NCBI GenBank assembly: GCA_020853395.1
Contig: JADYYY010000013.1
Location: 109,521 to 173,520 of the forward strand
Direction: 5' to 3'
From: Acidobacteriota bacterium
GTDB taxonomy: Bacteria; Acidobacteriota; Vicinamibacteria; Vicinamibacterales; SCN-69-37
DNA length: 64,000 nt
In this document: in pieces, positions 8,258 to 19,969 of the stretch
Layout: every line of letters starts with the position of its first letter
Numbering within the stretch: the stretch's first letter is position 1
Translations under genes and position numbers: made by a program
Notes under the pieces: generated by a model
Told to the model about the DNA's origin: nothing
What the model saw: only the letters and a program-made list of their open reading frames with translations
Database searches by the model: none

Positions 8258-10935
8258 TGACCACGCTCGTGCGCCGGTGGCTCGACGGCCTCGGGCGGCT
8301 CTTCAGGCCGCGGCGCGTGGACGACGATCTGGACCGCGAGCTCTCGGCGTACCTCGACGCCGCGATCGAGCAGAACGTGGCGAGCGGGATGACGGCCTCG
8401 GACGCCGTGCGGACCGCGCGCATCGAGATGGGCAGCCTAGCGGCGGTCAAGGACCACGTGCGCGACGTGAGCTGGGACGCCAGCCTCCGCGCGCTCGGGC
8501 GCGACATCCGCACCGCGGGCCGCTCGCTGCGCCGAACGCCCGGACTGACCGTGGTCGCGGTCCTGACGCTGATGCTGGGCATCGGCGCCAACACCGCGCT
8601 GTTCTCCATCTTCAACAGCCTTCTCATGAAGCCGTTGCCGGTGAAAGACCCGGAGCGCCTCGTCTACCTCTCCGAGGGCTCGTGGACCTATCCCATCTGG
8701 GAGCAGATCCGGCTGCGCGCGCCCGAGCTGTTCGAGGACGCCTTCGCCTGGTCGAACCAGACGTTCGATCTGGCGGACGGCGGTGAAGTCGAGCCCGTCG
8801 ATGGCGCGTACGTGAGCGGGCGCACGTTCGCGGTCCTGGGCATCCACGCGGTCCGCGGGCGGTCGCTCGGCGAGGGCGACGACCAGCGGCGCGGCGCGCA
8901 CAGCACCGTCGCGGTCATCAGCCACCGGCTGTGGCAGCAGCGCTACGGCGGCGCCGGCGACGTCATCGGCCGGACGATCACGCTGCAGCGGGTCCCGTTC
9001 ACGATCGTCGGCGTGATGCCGGCAGGCTTCTTCGGACCCGAGGTGGGACGAGCGTGGAACATCGTGATTCCGTTCGGCGCCGAACCATTGATCACGGGCA
9101 ATGAGTCCTCGCTCGACCGCCGTTCGACGTGGTGGCTCGACATCATGGTGCGCACCAAGCCAGGGCAGACGGTCGACACGGCCAACGCGCTCCTGCGAGG
9201 TGTCCAGCCCCAGATCCGTGAGTCGACGGCTCCTCCCCGGCAAGACGACTTCAGGGAGCTGTTCCTGCGTGAGCCCTTCACGCTTCTCCCCGCGGCCACC
9301 GGCCTATCGCCGCTGCGCGACCGCTTTCGCGTGCCGCTCATCGCGTTGGTCGGCGCCGTGGGGCTCGTCCTGCTCATCGGGTGCGCGAACCTTGCGCACC
9401 TGACGCTCGCGCGCGGCCTGTCGCGGCAGCGCGAGCTGAGCATTCGCTTGGCGCTCGGCGCCACCCGCGGGCGCCTCGTGCGCCTGCTCCTCGTGGAAAG
9501 CGCGCTGCTCGCGGCGGCCGGCACCGCGCTCGGCCTCGTGTTCGCTCAGTGGGCCGGCGGCCTGCTGATCGGGCAGTTCTCGACGTGGCGCGAGACCGTG
9601 TCGCTCGACTTGGCGGCGGACTGGCGTGTCCTGGTCTTCGCGACGGGACTGACGGTCTTGACCACCGTGCTCGCCGGTCTGGCGCCGGCGCTCGCCTCGA
9701 CCCGCATCGGGATCAGCGACGTGTTGAAGGATGCCGCGCGGTCGGTGGCGGGCGATCCGCGGCACCGGCTGCGCAACTGGCTCGTCGTGCTCCAGATTGC
9801 CTTGTCGCTCGTCGTCATCGTCGGCGCGGGGCTCTTTCTGCGCACGTTCGTTGCGCTGGCCCGCGTGCCGCTCGGTTTCAGTCCGGACCCGCTGACGGTC
9901 ATCGAGCTGAATCTGCAGCCCAGCCGCATCCCCGCCGATCAACGCGTATCGCTCATGGAGCGTTTTCGTGAGGCGGCCGTGCGTGTGCCGGGCGTGACGG
10001 TGGCGGCCGTCTCCTTGATGACGCCGCTCAGCGGCTCGGTCTGGACCAGCGGCGTCGGCGAGATGCAGGTTCCCGATCGCAGCAAGATGACCTGGAGGAA
10101 CGGGATCTCGCCCGGATGGTTCGACGCTTACGGCATCCGTCTGCTTGCGGGCCGCGACTTCACCGGGTTCGATCGCCTCGGTCAGGAGCCGGTCGCCATC
10201 GTGAACCAGGCATTCGTGACCCGGTTCCTATCGGGCCAGCCCGCTGTCGGCCAGGTCGTCCGGTTGGGCGGACCTGGCGGCCGTACGTCGGCCTATACGG
10301 TCGTCGGGCTCGTGAGCGACGCGGTGTACCGCAATCCCCGGGATGGATTCGCGCCCACGATGTACGTGCCGGTCTCGCAGCAGGCGCGGATCGGGCCGAC
10401 CGTGGCGCTGACGATTGCGGTCGCGTCGGGCGATCGTGCCGCCGTCGAGCGCGCCGTGAGCTCGGCGTTGCACGCCGTGGACCCGACGACGGCCTTCGCC
10501 GTGCGGCGATTCGATCAGCTTCGCCGGGCCACGGTCGTGCAGGAGCGGCTCGTCGCGCTGCTCTCCACCTTCTTCGGCGCGCTCGCGCTGCTCCTGGCCG
10601 GCATCGGCCTCTACGGCGTCGTGTCGCACGCGGTGGGCTCGCAGCGCACCGAGATCGGCGTGCGGATCGCGCTCGGAGCGAATCGTGCCGACATCGTCGT
10701 GATGGTGCTGAAGCGCGTGGCCAGCATCCTGACGGTGGGCGTCGTTGCCGGCGCCGCCATCAGCGTCTGGCTGTCGCGGTTCGTCGCCACCATGCTGTTC
10801 GAGATCCAGGCCCGCGATCTCTCGACGTTCGTGGGCGGCGCCGGCGTGCTCGTGGCGACCGCGCTCTTGGCCGCCTGGCTGCCCGCGCGCCGCGCGTCGC
10901 TCACCGACCCGGCGGTCGCGCTGCGCGAGGGCTGA
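8257..10935 (+). CDS. Duplicated FtsX/MacB-type permease (ADOP, Acidobacterial duplicated orphan permease family)
   Basis: 892 aa from ATG 8257. The N-terminal DDDLDRELSAYLD leader is followed by two blocks, each a TM segment, a large periplasmic domain and an FtsX-like 3-TM bundle ending ...DPAVALREG. It is coupled to padR. Confidence 0.88.
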   Translation: MTTLVRRWLDGLGRLFRPRRVDDDLDRELSAYLDAAIEQNVASGMTASDAVRTARIEMGSLAAVKDHVRDVSWDASLRALGRDIRTAGRSLRRTPGLTVVAVLTLMLGIGANTALFSIFNSLLMKPLPVKDPERLVYLSEGSWTYPIWEQIRLRAPELFEDAFAWSNQTFDLADGGEVEPVDGAYVSGRTFAVLGIHAVRGRSLGEGDDQRRGAHSTVAVISHRLWQQRYGGAGDVIGRTITLQRVPFTIVGVMPAGFFGPEVGRAWNIVIPFGAEPLITGNESSLDRRSTWWLDIMVRTKPGQTVDTANALLRGVQPQIRESTAPPRQDDFRELFLREPFTLLPAATGLSPLRDRFRVPLIALVGAVGLVLLIGCANLAHLTLARGLSRQRELSIRLALGATRGRLVRLLLVESALLAAAGTALGLVFAQWAGGLLIGQFSTWRETVSLDLAADWRVLVFATGLTVLTTVLAGLAPALASTRIGISDVLKDAARSVAGDPRHRLRNWLVVLQIALSLVVIVGAGLFLRTFVALARVPLGFSPDPLTVIELNLQPSRIPADQRVSLMERFREAAVRVPGVTVAAVSLMTPLSGSVWTSGVGEMQVPDRSKMTWRNGISPGWFDAYGIRLLAGRDFTGFDRLGQEPVAIVNQAFVTRFLSGQPAVGQVVRLGGPGGRTSAYTVVGLVSDAVYRNPRDGFAPTMYVPVSQQARIGPTVALTIAVASGDRAAVERAVSSALHAVDPTTAFAVRRFDQLRRATVVQERLVALLSTFFGALALLLAGIGLYGVVSHAVGSQRTEIGVRIALGANRADIVVMVLKRVASILTVGVVAGAAISVWLSRFVATMLFEIQARDLSTFVGGAGVLVATALLAAWLPARRASLTDPAVALREG

Positions 10936-10937
10936 GA

Positions 10938-12335
<1,398 letters not shown>

Positions 12336-12364
12336 TCAGCGGCCGGTGTCCGGCGCTGTCGACG

Positions 12365-12592
12365 TCAGGATCGCTTGGCGGCGGGCTCGGTCGCGGCCTT
12401 CTTCCGCCGGGTCTTCGCGGGCTTCACCGGCGCAGGCTCGTCGGTCTTCGACAGGGTGACTTTGTCGGTGATGAACCGGCGGCGGCCGTGGAGGTCGAAC
12501 TCGATCACCGTGTAGCGCTCGTCGGACGACATCACCGTGCCGGCGCCGTAGTTCGGTTGCGTGACGCGGCTGTCCTTCGCGAATGGCTTCAT
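12365..12592 (-). CDS. Small hypothetical protein (75 aa) with a Lys/Pro/Ala-rich tail
   Basis: ATG 12592 is preceded by CAGGAGG. MKPFAKDSRVTQPNYGAGTVMSSDERYTVIEFDLHGRRRF... I recognise no family with confidence. Confidence 0.55.
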   Translation of the reverse strand: MKPFAKDSRVTQPNYGAGTVMSSDERYTVIEFDLHGRRRFITDKVTLSKTDEPAPVKPAKTRRKKAATEPAAKRS

Positions 12593-12626
12593 TGCCCGCC
12601 TCCTGATGCGGCCGGTCGAGGCCGCC

Positions 12627-12668
12627 GAAAAAAGGAACCCGATGGGGCACGAGGCGTGCCCCATCGGG
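12627..12668 (-). terminator. Rho-independent terminator of the RRM gene at 12691-13014
   Basis: Perfect 14-bp stem CCCGATGGGGCACG/CGTGCCCCATCGGG (12638-12668), followed on the minus strand by TTCCTTTTTTC. Confidence 0.85.
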
Positions 12669-12690
12669 CTATTCTGTCAGGTTTCGAGGC

Positions 12691-13014
12691 TTACCAGCGG
12701 GGTTCCCGCCGGCGGCCGCCGCCACCGCCGCCGCCCGGCCGGGCGAACGGCCGGTCACCGCGCGGTTCCTGCGGACGGGCTTCGTTCACGGTGAGCCGGC
12801 GGCCCTCGAGCTGGCTCTCATTGAGCTGCTCGATTGCGGCGCGCGCTCCCTCGTCCGATCCCATTTCCACGAAGCCGAACCCGCGCGACTGGCCCGTGGC
12901 CTTGTCGCGGACGAGCCGGACGGACTCGACCGGCCCGTAGGCCGCGAAGGTCTGTTCGAGCGTCTGTTCCTGGGTCGAAAACGAGAGATTGCCAACGTAG
13001 AGTCTGCGATTCAT
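12691..13014 (-). CDS. RRM-type (RNP-1) RNA-binding protein with a Gly/Arg tail
   Basis: LYVGNLSF (RNP-2) and RGFGFVEM (RNP-1). 107 aa. It ends in GGGGGGGRRREPRW, like its paralogue at 21941-22315. Confidence 0.9.
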   Translation of the reverse strand: MNRRLYVGNLSFSTQEQTLEQTFAAYGPVESVRLVRDKATGQSRGFGFVEMGSDEGARAAIEQLNESQLEGRRLTVNEARPQEPRGDRPFARPGGGGGGGRRREPRW

Positions 13015-13280
13015 CTTTCCCTCTGAGTCTCATCCGCGTGAGGCGGACGGGCTTCGCCGTGCGAAGCCCTGATTAGCCATGTGGACCGTTCCACGAACTG
13101 CTGCAAGTCTGAGAGAGAACGAGAACGCTCGGTCGGCTCTGGCGAGTCAGCGGCGGGCTAACGCGAGATCATCAGTATAGCCCGACGCCGCTCGGTACGC
13201 CAATTGGCCCGTTCATGCGCTACTATGAGGCACCTCGACCTCCCGGAGTACGGGCAGGAGCGGCAACCGGCGGAGGGTGA

Positions 13281-13523
13281 GTGCAGAAGTCCCGTCCAAC
13301 GCAGAACAAGCGCGCCCGCGAACGGGCGCGCCAGGAAAAGCAGCAGCAGAAGGCGGCACGCCGCCTGGAAGCCAAGGCACGCAAAGCCGCTACGCCGGCT
13401 GCGCGCGGCGAGGAAGATCCCGACATCGCCGGGATCGTTCCGGGTCCTCAACCCTCGCCCTGGGGGGACGACGAGGAGAACGCTGCTGACACTGACGACG
13501 AACCTGACGGCAAGCCGTGGTGA
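13281..13523 (+). CDS. Small highly charged hypothetical protein (80 aa; basic N-terminal half, acidic C-terminal half)
   Basis: GTG 13281 follows GGAGGG. Third-position GC is high, as in neighbouring genes. I recognise no family. It lies 76 nt upstream of the radical SAM gene. Confidence 0.4.
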   Translation: MQKSRPTQNKRARERARQEKQQQKAARRLEAKARKAATPAARGEEDPDIAGIVPGPQPSPWGDDEENAADTDDEPDGKPW

Positions 13524-13599
13524 CGCCACTGCCCCCTGGCGTTCACGAGGTCCGAACTACAGCGGCAGACGATTGGGCCAGCCGGAGAGGTGTACGAAC

Positions 13600-16190
<2,591 letters not shown>

Positions 16191-16264
16191 TCGGTGAGGA
16201 CGCGCGTCGACGCAGCCGGCAGCGGAGCGCGGCGACCGCTCCGAACGTCGCCGGCCGTTGACCG

Positions 16265-17407
16265 TCAGTGCACGGCGAGGCCGAGCAGCCGCCAGTGCCC
16301 CACCGATCCTGACAGGCTGAACGACAGGTCCCTGCCCGTGCGTTCGTCGACGAAGGCGCGATAGCCGTAGCCGCTGCCTGTCGGTCCGGGGCCGGGTACT
16401 GGCCGGATGCCGAGCGGCTCCACCGCAACCGGCCGCTCGTTCACCTTCATCGTCAGTTCGAGCGCTCGATCGACCACGACGACAGCCTCCTGTGGCGGCG
16501 AGGCCGCGTACCAGGGCAGCCGCACGGTGCAGCGGACGTGCACGCGGTTCGTGCCGCACTCGAGACCGGCAATGGTCGACCGCACGGACGGCCGGATCCG
16601 CTCTTCCATCGACTTCAACGCCTCGAGGCCCGATCGGAGCAGCGGGTGCGATCCGCGGCTGCGGATGTCCTGCCGCAGAAAGCCGAGCTGCGTGCGCCAG
16701 CGGGAACGCGCCGGCACGCCGTGGGCCTTCAGCAGCGCCGCAATCTCCTGCAGCCGTGCGTACCCACCGCTCATGGTCTTGGTGCCCGGGTGCACGCGCA
16801 CGGCCGCGAGCGGTGCGTCCAGGAACCGGAAGCGGCAGCCCGCGCGGTGCAGCCGTATCCAGAAGTCCCAGTCCATCGTGAAGTGCAGGTGCGCGTTCAA
16901 TCCGCCGACGCGCTCCATCGCGCTGCGCCGAACGAAGCACGCGGGCTGGCTGATCGAGCAGCCTCGAATCAGCTCGTCTGGGTCGGGGCTCCCGGCAGGG
17001 AAATAGCTCACGAACGCGCCAGCGGCCGACACGTGCACGGCGTGGCCGAAGACGACGTCGACCTGCGGATCGGCGACGAACGCGTCCGCGACGAGCGAGA
17101 GCGCGTCCGGGAAGTAGTAGTCGTCCGCGCAGAGCCAGGCCACGATCGGCTGGGTCGTGTGATTCCAGCCTTCCTGAATCGCCGCGGCCTGGCCATCGTC
17201 GCGGCGGTGGTAGCCGTAGGCCACCGGCACGGCAGCGGCGCGAACGACGCGCTGCACGCTGTCGTCAGGGGTGGCGTCGAGCACGGCGAGCTCGATCGGC
17301 ACGCGCTGCGATCGAATGCTCGAGAGGGCGGTGTCGATGAACTCCGCCTGTTCGCGAGCGGGCAGCGCGATGCTGAAGCCGACCGGCACGGGGTGGGGTG
17401 TCTCCAT
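16265..17407 (-). CDS. Family 2 glycosyltransferase with a C-terminal extension of unknown function
   Basis: FSIALPAREQAEFIDTALSSI..., DDGQAAAI, WLCADDYY (DxD-like) and FTMDWDFWIRL. ATG 17407 was chosen; the ORF extends to 17464. Confidence 0.8.
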   Translation of the reverse strand: METPHPVPVGFSIALPAREQAEFIDTALSSIRSQRVPIELAVLDATPDDSVQRVVRAAAVPVAYGYHRRDDGQAAAIQEGWNHTTQPIVAWLCADDYYFPDALSLVADAFVADPQVDVVFGHAVHVSAAGAFVSYFPAGSPDPDELIRGCSISQPACFVRRSAMERVGGLNAHLHFTMDWDFWIRLHRAGCRFRFLDAPLAAVRVHPGTKTMSGGYARLQEIAALLKAHGVPARSRWRTQLGFLRQDIRSRGSHPLLRSGLEALKSMEERIRPSVRSTIAGLECGTNRVHVRCTVRLPWYAASPPQEAVVVVDRALELTMKVNERPVAVEPLGIRPVPGPGPTGSGYGYRAFVDERTGRDLSFSLSGSVGHWRLLGLAVH

Positions 17408-17470
17408 CAGTCGATCACGGCGTTCCACGAACCGGACCGCGCTTCGGCGTATCGGCGCGCGCACGGGACG

Positions 17471-18454
17471 TCAGTATCTCAGCAGGCCAGCGCGATACAG
17501 ACGATCGAGCACGACGTGGCGGCGGAGGTACCCGCGGATGGCCCTGTTGATCTCGAACCACTCGACCGCCTGCCCGTGAATCCGCTCCCGGATGCGTGCC
17601 ATCTCGCGCGCGCCGATCGTCTCCATCCGGTCGGTCGTTTTCTGAGCGGCGTGAACGCGGAACGCGCCGAGGAAGCGCGGCACCCTGGCGAACCTGGCGC
17701 CGGCATCGCGCATCCTCACGAGCAAGTCCCAGTCCATCGCGAACTGGAAGCTGTCGTCGAAGCGGGCGCCGACGGCTTCCCAGGCGCGGCGCCGCCAGAA
17801 CAGCGTCTCCTGCGGCACGTAGTCCGCCCACGACAGCACCGCGTCGTCGTGCCGCGGCAGCACCCAGCGGCCGATCTCGCGGTCGTGCTCGTCGATCAGG
17901 ACGCGATGGCCGTAGACGGCATCGACCTCTGGATGCGTCTCGAAGAACGCGGCGACGTAGTCGAGCGCGCCCGGCAGGAGCAGATCGTCCGCGTTCAGGT
18001 AGGCCAGGATCTCGCCGGTGGCATGCCGGAAGCCGCGGTTCAGGGCATCGGCCTGGCCACGATCCGATTCGGAGGCGATCCGCGACAGCAGCGGCCGATG
18101 CCGTTCGACGATCCGGATCGTGTCGTCGGCCGACGCGCCGTCCTGGACGATGTACTCGAGCGCCGGATACTGCTGGTCGACGACGCTCCGGATGGTGCGT
18201 TCGATGAACGTGCTCGCGTTGAACGACGGCGTGACGATCGAGATCCTGGGCGCCGCGGACGCCGGCACGCGGCGGTGACGGTAGACGGCCGGATGCGTCA
18301 GGGGCTTGGGAGGGTGATGGACGAGCACGCCGAGCCTGGGGCGAAGAGCAGGGAACACCAGGGCCACCGGTCGGAATCGGCGCGCGATGTCGGTTAGAGA
18401 AAACGGGTCAGGACGATATCGAGCGTGCGCACGTTGCCGCCGGCCGCCCGCCAC
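17471..18454 (-). CDS. Family 2 glycosyltransferase
   Basis: ISIVTPSFNASTFIERTIRSVVDQQYP, QDGASADDT, YLNADDLL and FAMDWDLLVRM. The start is uncertain. Start 18454 overlaps the upstream gene by 61 nt; GTG 18367 is an alternative. Confidence 0.8.
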   Translation of the reverse strand: MAGGRRQRAHARYRPDPFSLTDIARRFRPVALVFPALRPRLGVLVHHPPKPLTHPAVYRHRRVPASAAPRISIVTPSFNASTFIERTIRSVVDQQYPALEYIVQDGASADDTIRIVERHRPLLSRIASESDRGQADALNRGFRHATGEILAYLNADDLLLPGALDYVAAFFETHPEVDAVYGHRVLIDEHDREIGRWVLPRHDDAVLSWADYVPQETLFWRRRAWEAVGARFDDSFQFAMDWDLLVRMRDAGARFARVPRFLGAFRVHAAQKTTDRMETIGAREMARIRERIHGQAVEWFEINRAIRGYLRRHVVLDRLYRAGLLRY

Positions 18455-19458
18455 TGGACCAGAATCGGCGCCTGGAACGTGCCTTCCACGAGGGCGCCGC
18501 GGCCAGGCGTGGCGCTGTCGGAGACGAGCAGGTTCACCGCGCGCTTCTTGCGCATCAGGCGCGCGGCGGGCACTTCGAGCGCGCGCGCGACGATGTGCTC
18601 GAGGCGCGACGCGCTGAGCCCCAGCGCGTCGATCAGCCGATTGGCGGCGCGCACGAGGTCGTACTTGGCGTAGTCGATCGCCTTACCGGGCACGGCGCGC
18701 GGGTCGTTCCACGCGTGCTTGGCCTTCTCGGCCGCGAACTTCAGCGGGTTGCGCAGCACCTCGGCCAGGTCGTGCTGCATCAGGAGCGTTTCGTACTCGT
18801 TGATCGTCAGGCTTGCGTCGCGTTCCGCCGACGCCAGCGCCAGGCGAACGCGTCCCTTGTGCACGCCGTGCCGAGCGATGATCTCGCCGATCTGCTCGGT
18901 CAAGCCGAGCGACGGATCCTTCAGGTTCACTGCTTCGATCGGATGGCGCGACACCGGCACGCGGATCGACGTGCGGGCGACTTCGACCTCGCGGTCGTAG
19001 CCCACCAGGCGGGTGACGCGCCGGCGCGGCGTTCCGGCGAACCAGCCGTCGAGATCCACGAAGTACACCGGATGGCTGCCCCGCGTGCGGTACGAGACGC
19101 AGGCGTCGAGCCCTGCGGCCATGAACGCCAGGTGCGAATCGCCGTTGGTCGGTTCCACCCGGCGCTGCTCCGGCGCCAGCTCGGTGCGCAGCTCGAGGTT
19201 GTCGTGCTGATAGCCGGCGTTGGCGGGGAACACCGTCTGGAAGACGCCGAGATACGGCTCCAGGCCGGCTCGCCTGACGACGAGACGGTGCGCGAGGCTC
19301 TCGGGGAGGTACCCGGCAGTCGTGTGCGGCGAGACGTACAGACAGCGCGTGAATCGATCGAGGACGTCCCCGTGAACGGACGCAGCCAGCGCCCTGGCAT
19401 CCAGGACATCGACCCGCGCGCGTGGTTGGATGTCCAGAGCGAGTTCCAGCGGCGCCAT
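18394..19458 (-). CDS. Hypothetical protein with two YjbQ/UPF0047-like motif sets
   Basis: 354 aa with gene-like codon bias. Motifs SPHTTAGYL, NGDSHL and later ASLTINEYE resemble the HTTAS-LTINE / DxxxH motifs of YjbQ-fold proteins. The family assignment is tentative. Confidence 0.7.
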   Translation of the reverse strand: MAPLELALDIQPRARVDVLDARALAASVHGDVLDRFTRCLYVSPHTTAGYLPESLAHRLVVRRAGLEPYLGVFQTVFPANAGYQHDNLELRTELAPEQRRVEPTNGDSHLAFMAAGLDACVSYRTRGSHPVYFVDLDGWFAGTPRRRVTRLVGYDREVEVARTSIRVPVSRHPIEAVNLKDPSLGLTEQIGEIIARHGVHKGRVRLALASAERDASLTINEYETLLMQHDLAEVLRNPLKFAAEKAKHAWNDPRAVPGKAIDYAKYDLVRAANRLIDALGLSASRLEHIVARALEVPAARLMRKKRAVNLLVSDSATPGRGALVEGTFQAPILVQWRAAGGNVRTLDIVLTRFL

Positions 19459-19542
19459 CAGCGCTCACATGGTACTACTGCGCGGGCCCGAAACAAACCG
19501 GCACGTGCTTCCGGCTAAGCTGGGGGGCCAGGAGGTGTCCTC

Positions 19543-19941
19543 ATGTCGCGACGACACGTGCTCGCGGCGCTGGCGCTCGTCGGCGCCGGCGCGACCGGTT
19601 CGTCTTCCCAGACGCTGCCGCAGAACGTCCCGGGATATCCCACCGTTGCGCAGGTGCGCGTCGTCAACGCGGCCCGAGACGAGGCCGTGCCGGTCGTGCT
19701 GCGGACCGACGCCGAGCCGCTGCCGGTGGCGATCGCCGGCGTGCCGTCCGTGGCGCTCGTGCCGACGACGGTGATTCCGGTCCGGATCGGGCGTCAGCTC
19801 TGGGAATACCGACAAGTGACGGTCGGGGCCACCCAGGATGCCGCTGCCGTGCTGAACGCGGCGGGCGCTGACGGATGGGAAGCGATTGGCGGCACGGCCG
19901 GTGCCGCCGGCACCGTATGGACCCTCAAGCGTCCGCGTTGA
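19543..19941 (+). CDS. Exported hypothetical protein with a Tat-like signal (MSRRHVLAALALVGAGA)
   Basis: ATG follows GGAGG. A twin-arginine-like SRRxVL motif is present. The C-terminal WEYRQVTV...GADGWEAIG resembles small DUF4177-like domains (tentative). Confidence 0.7.
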   Translation: MSRRHVLAALALVGAGATGSSSQTLPQNVPGYPTVAQVRVVNAARDEAVPVVLRTDAEPLPVAIAGVPSVALVPTTVIPVRIGRQLWEYRQVTVGATQDAAAVLNAAGADGWEAIGGTAGAAGTVWTLKRPR

Positions 19942-19969
19942 GCCCGCGGTACGCTATACGTATCACGCC

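Noticed and set aside
13524-13599. Cobalamin riboswitch upstream of the B12-binding radical SAM gene.
   Set aside because: The gap is too short. I could not find a B12-box-like GCCACTG core or the conserved AGGGAA...GGTG elements anywhere in 13015-13599.
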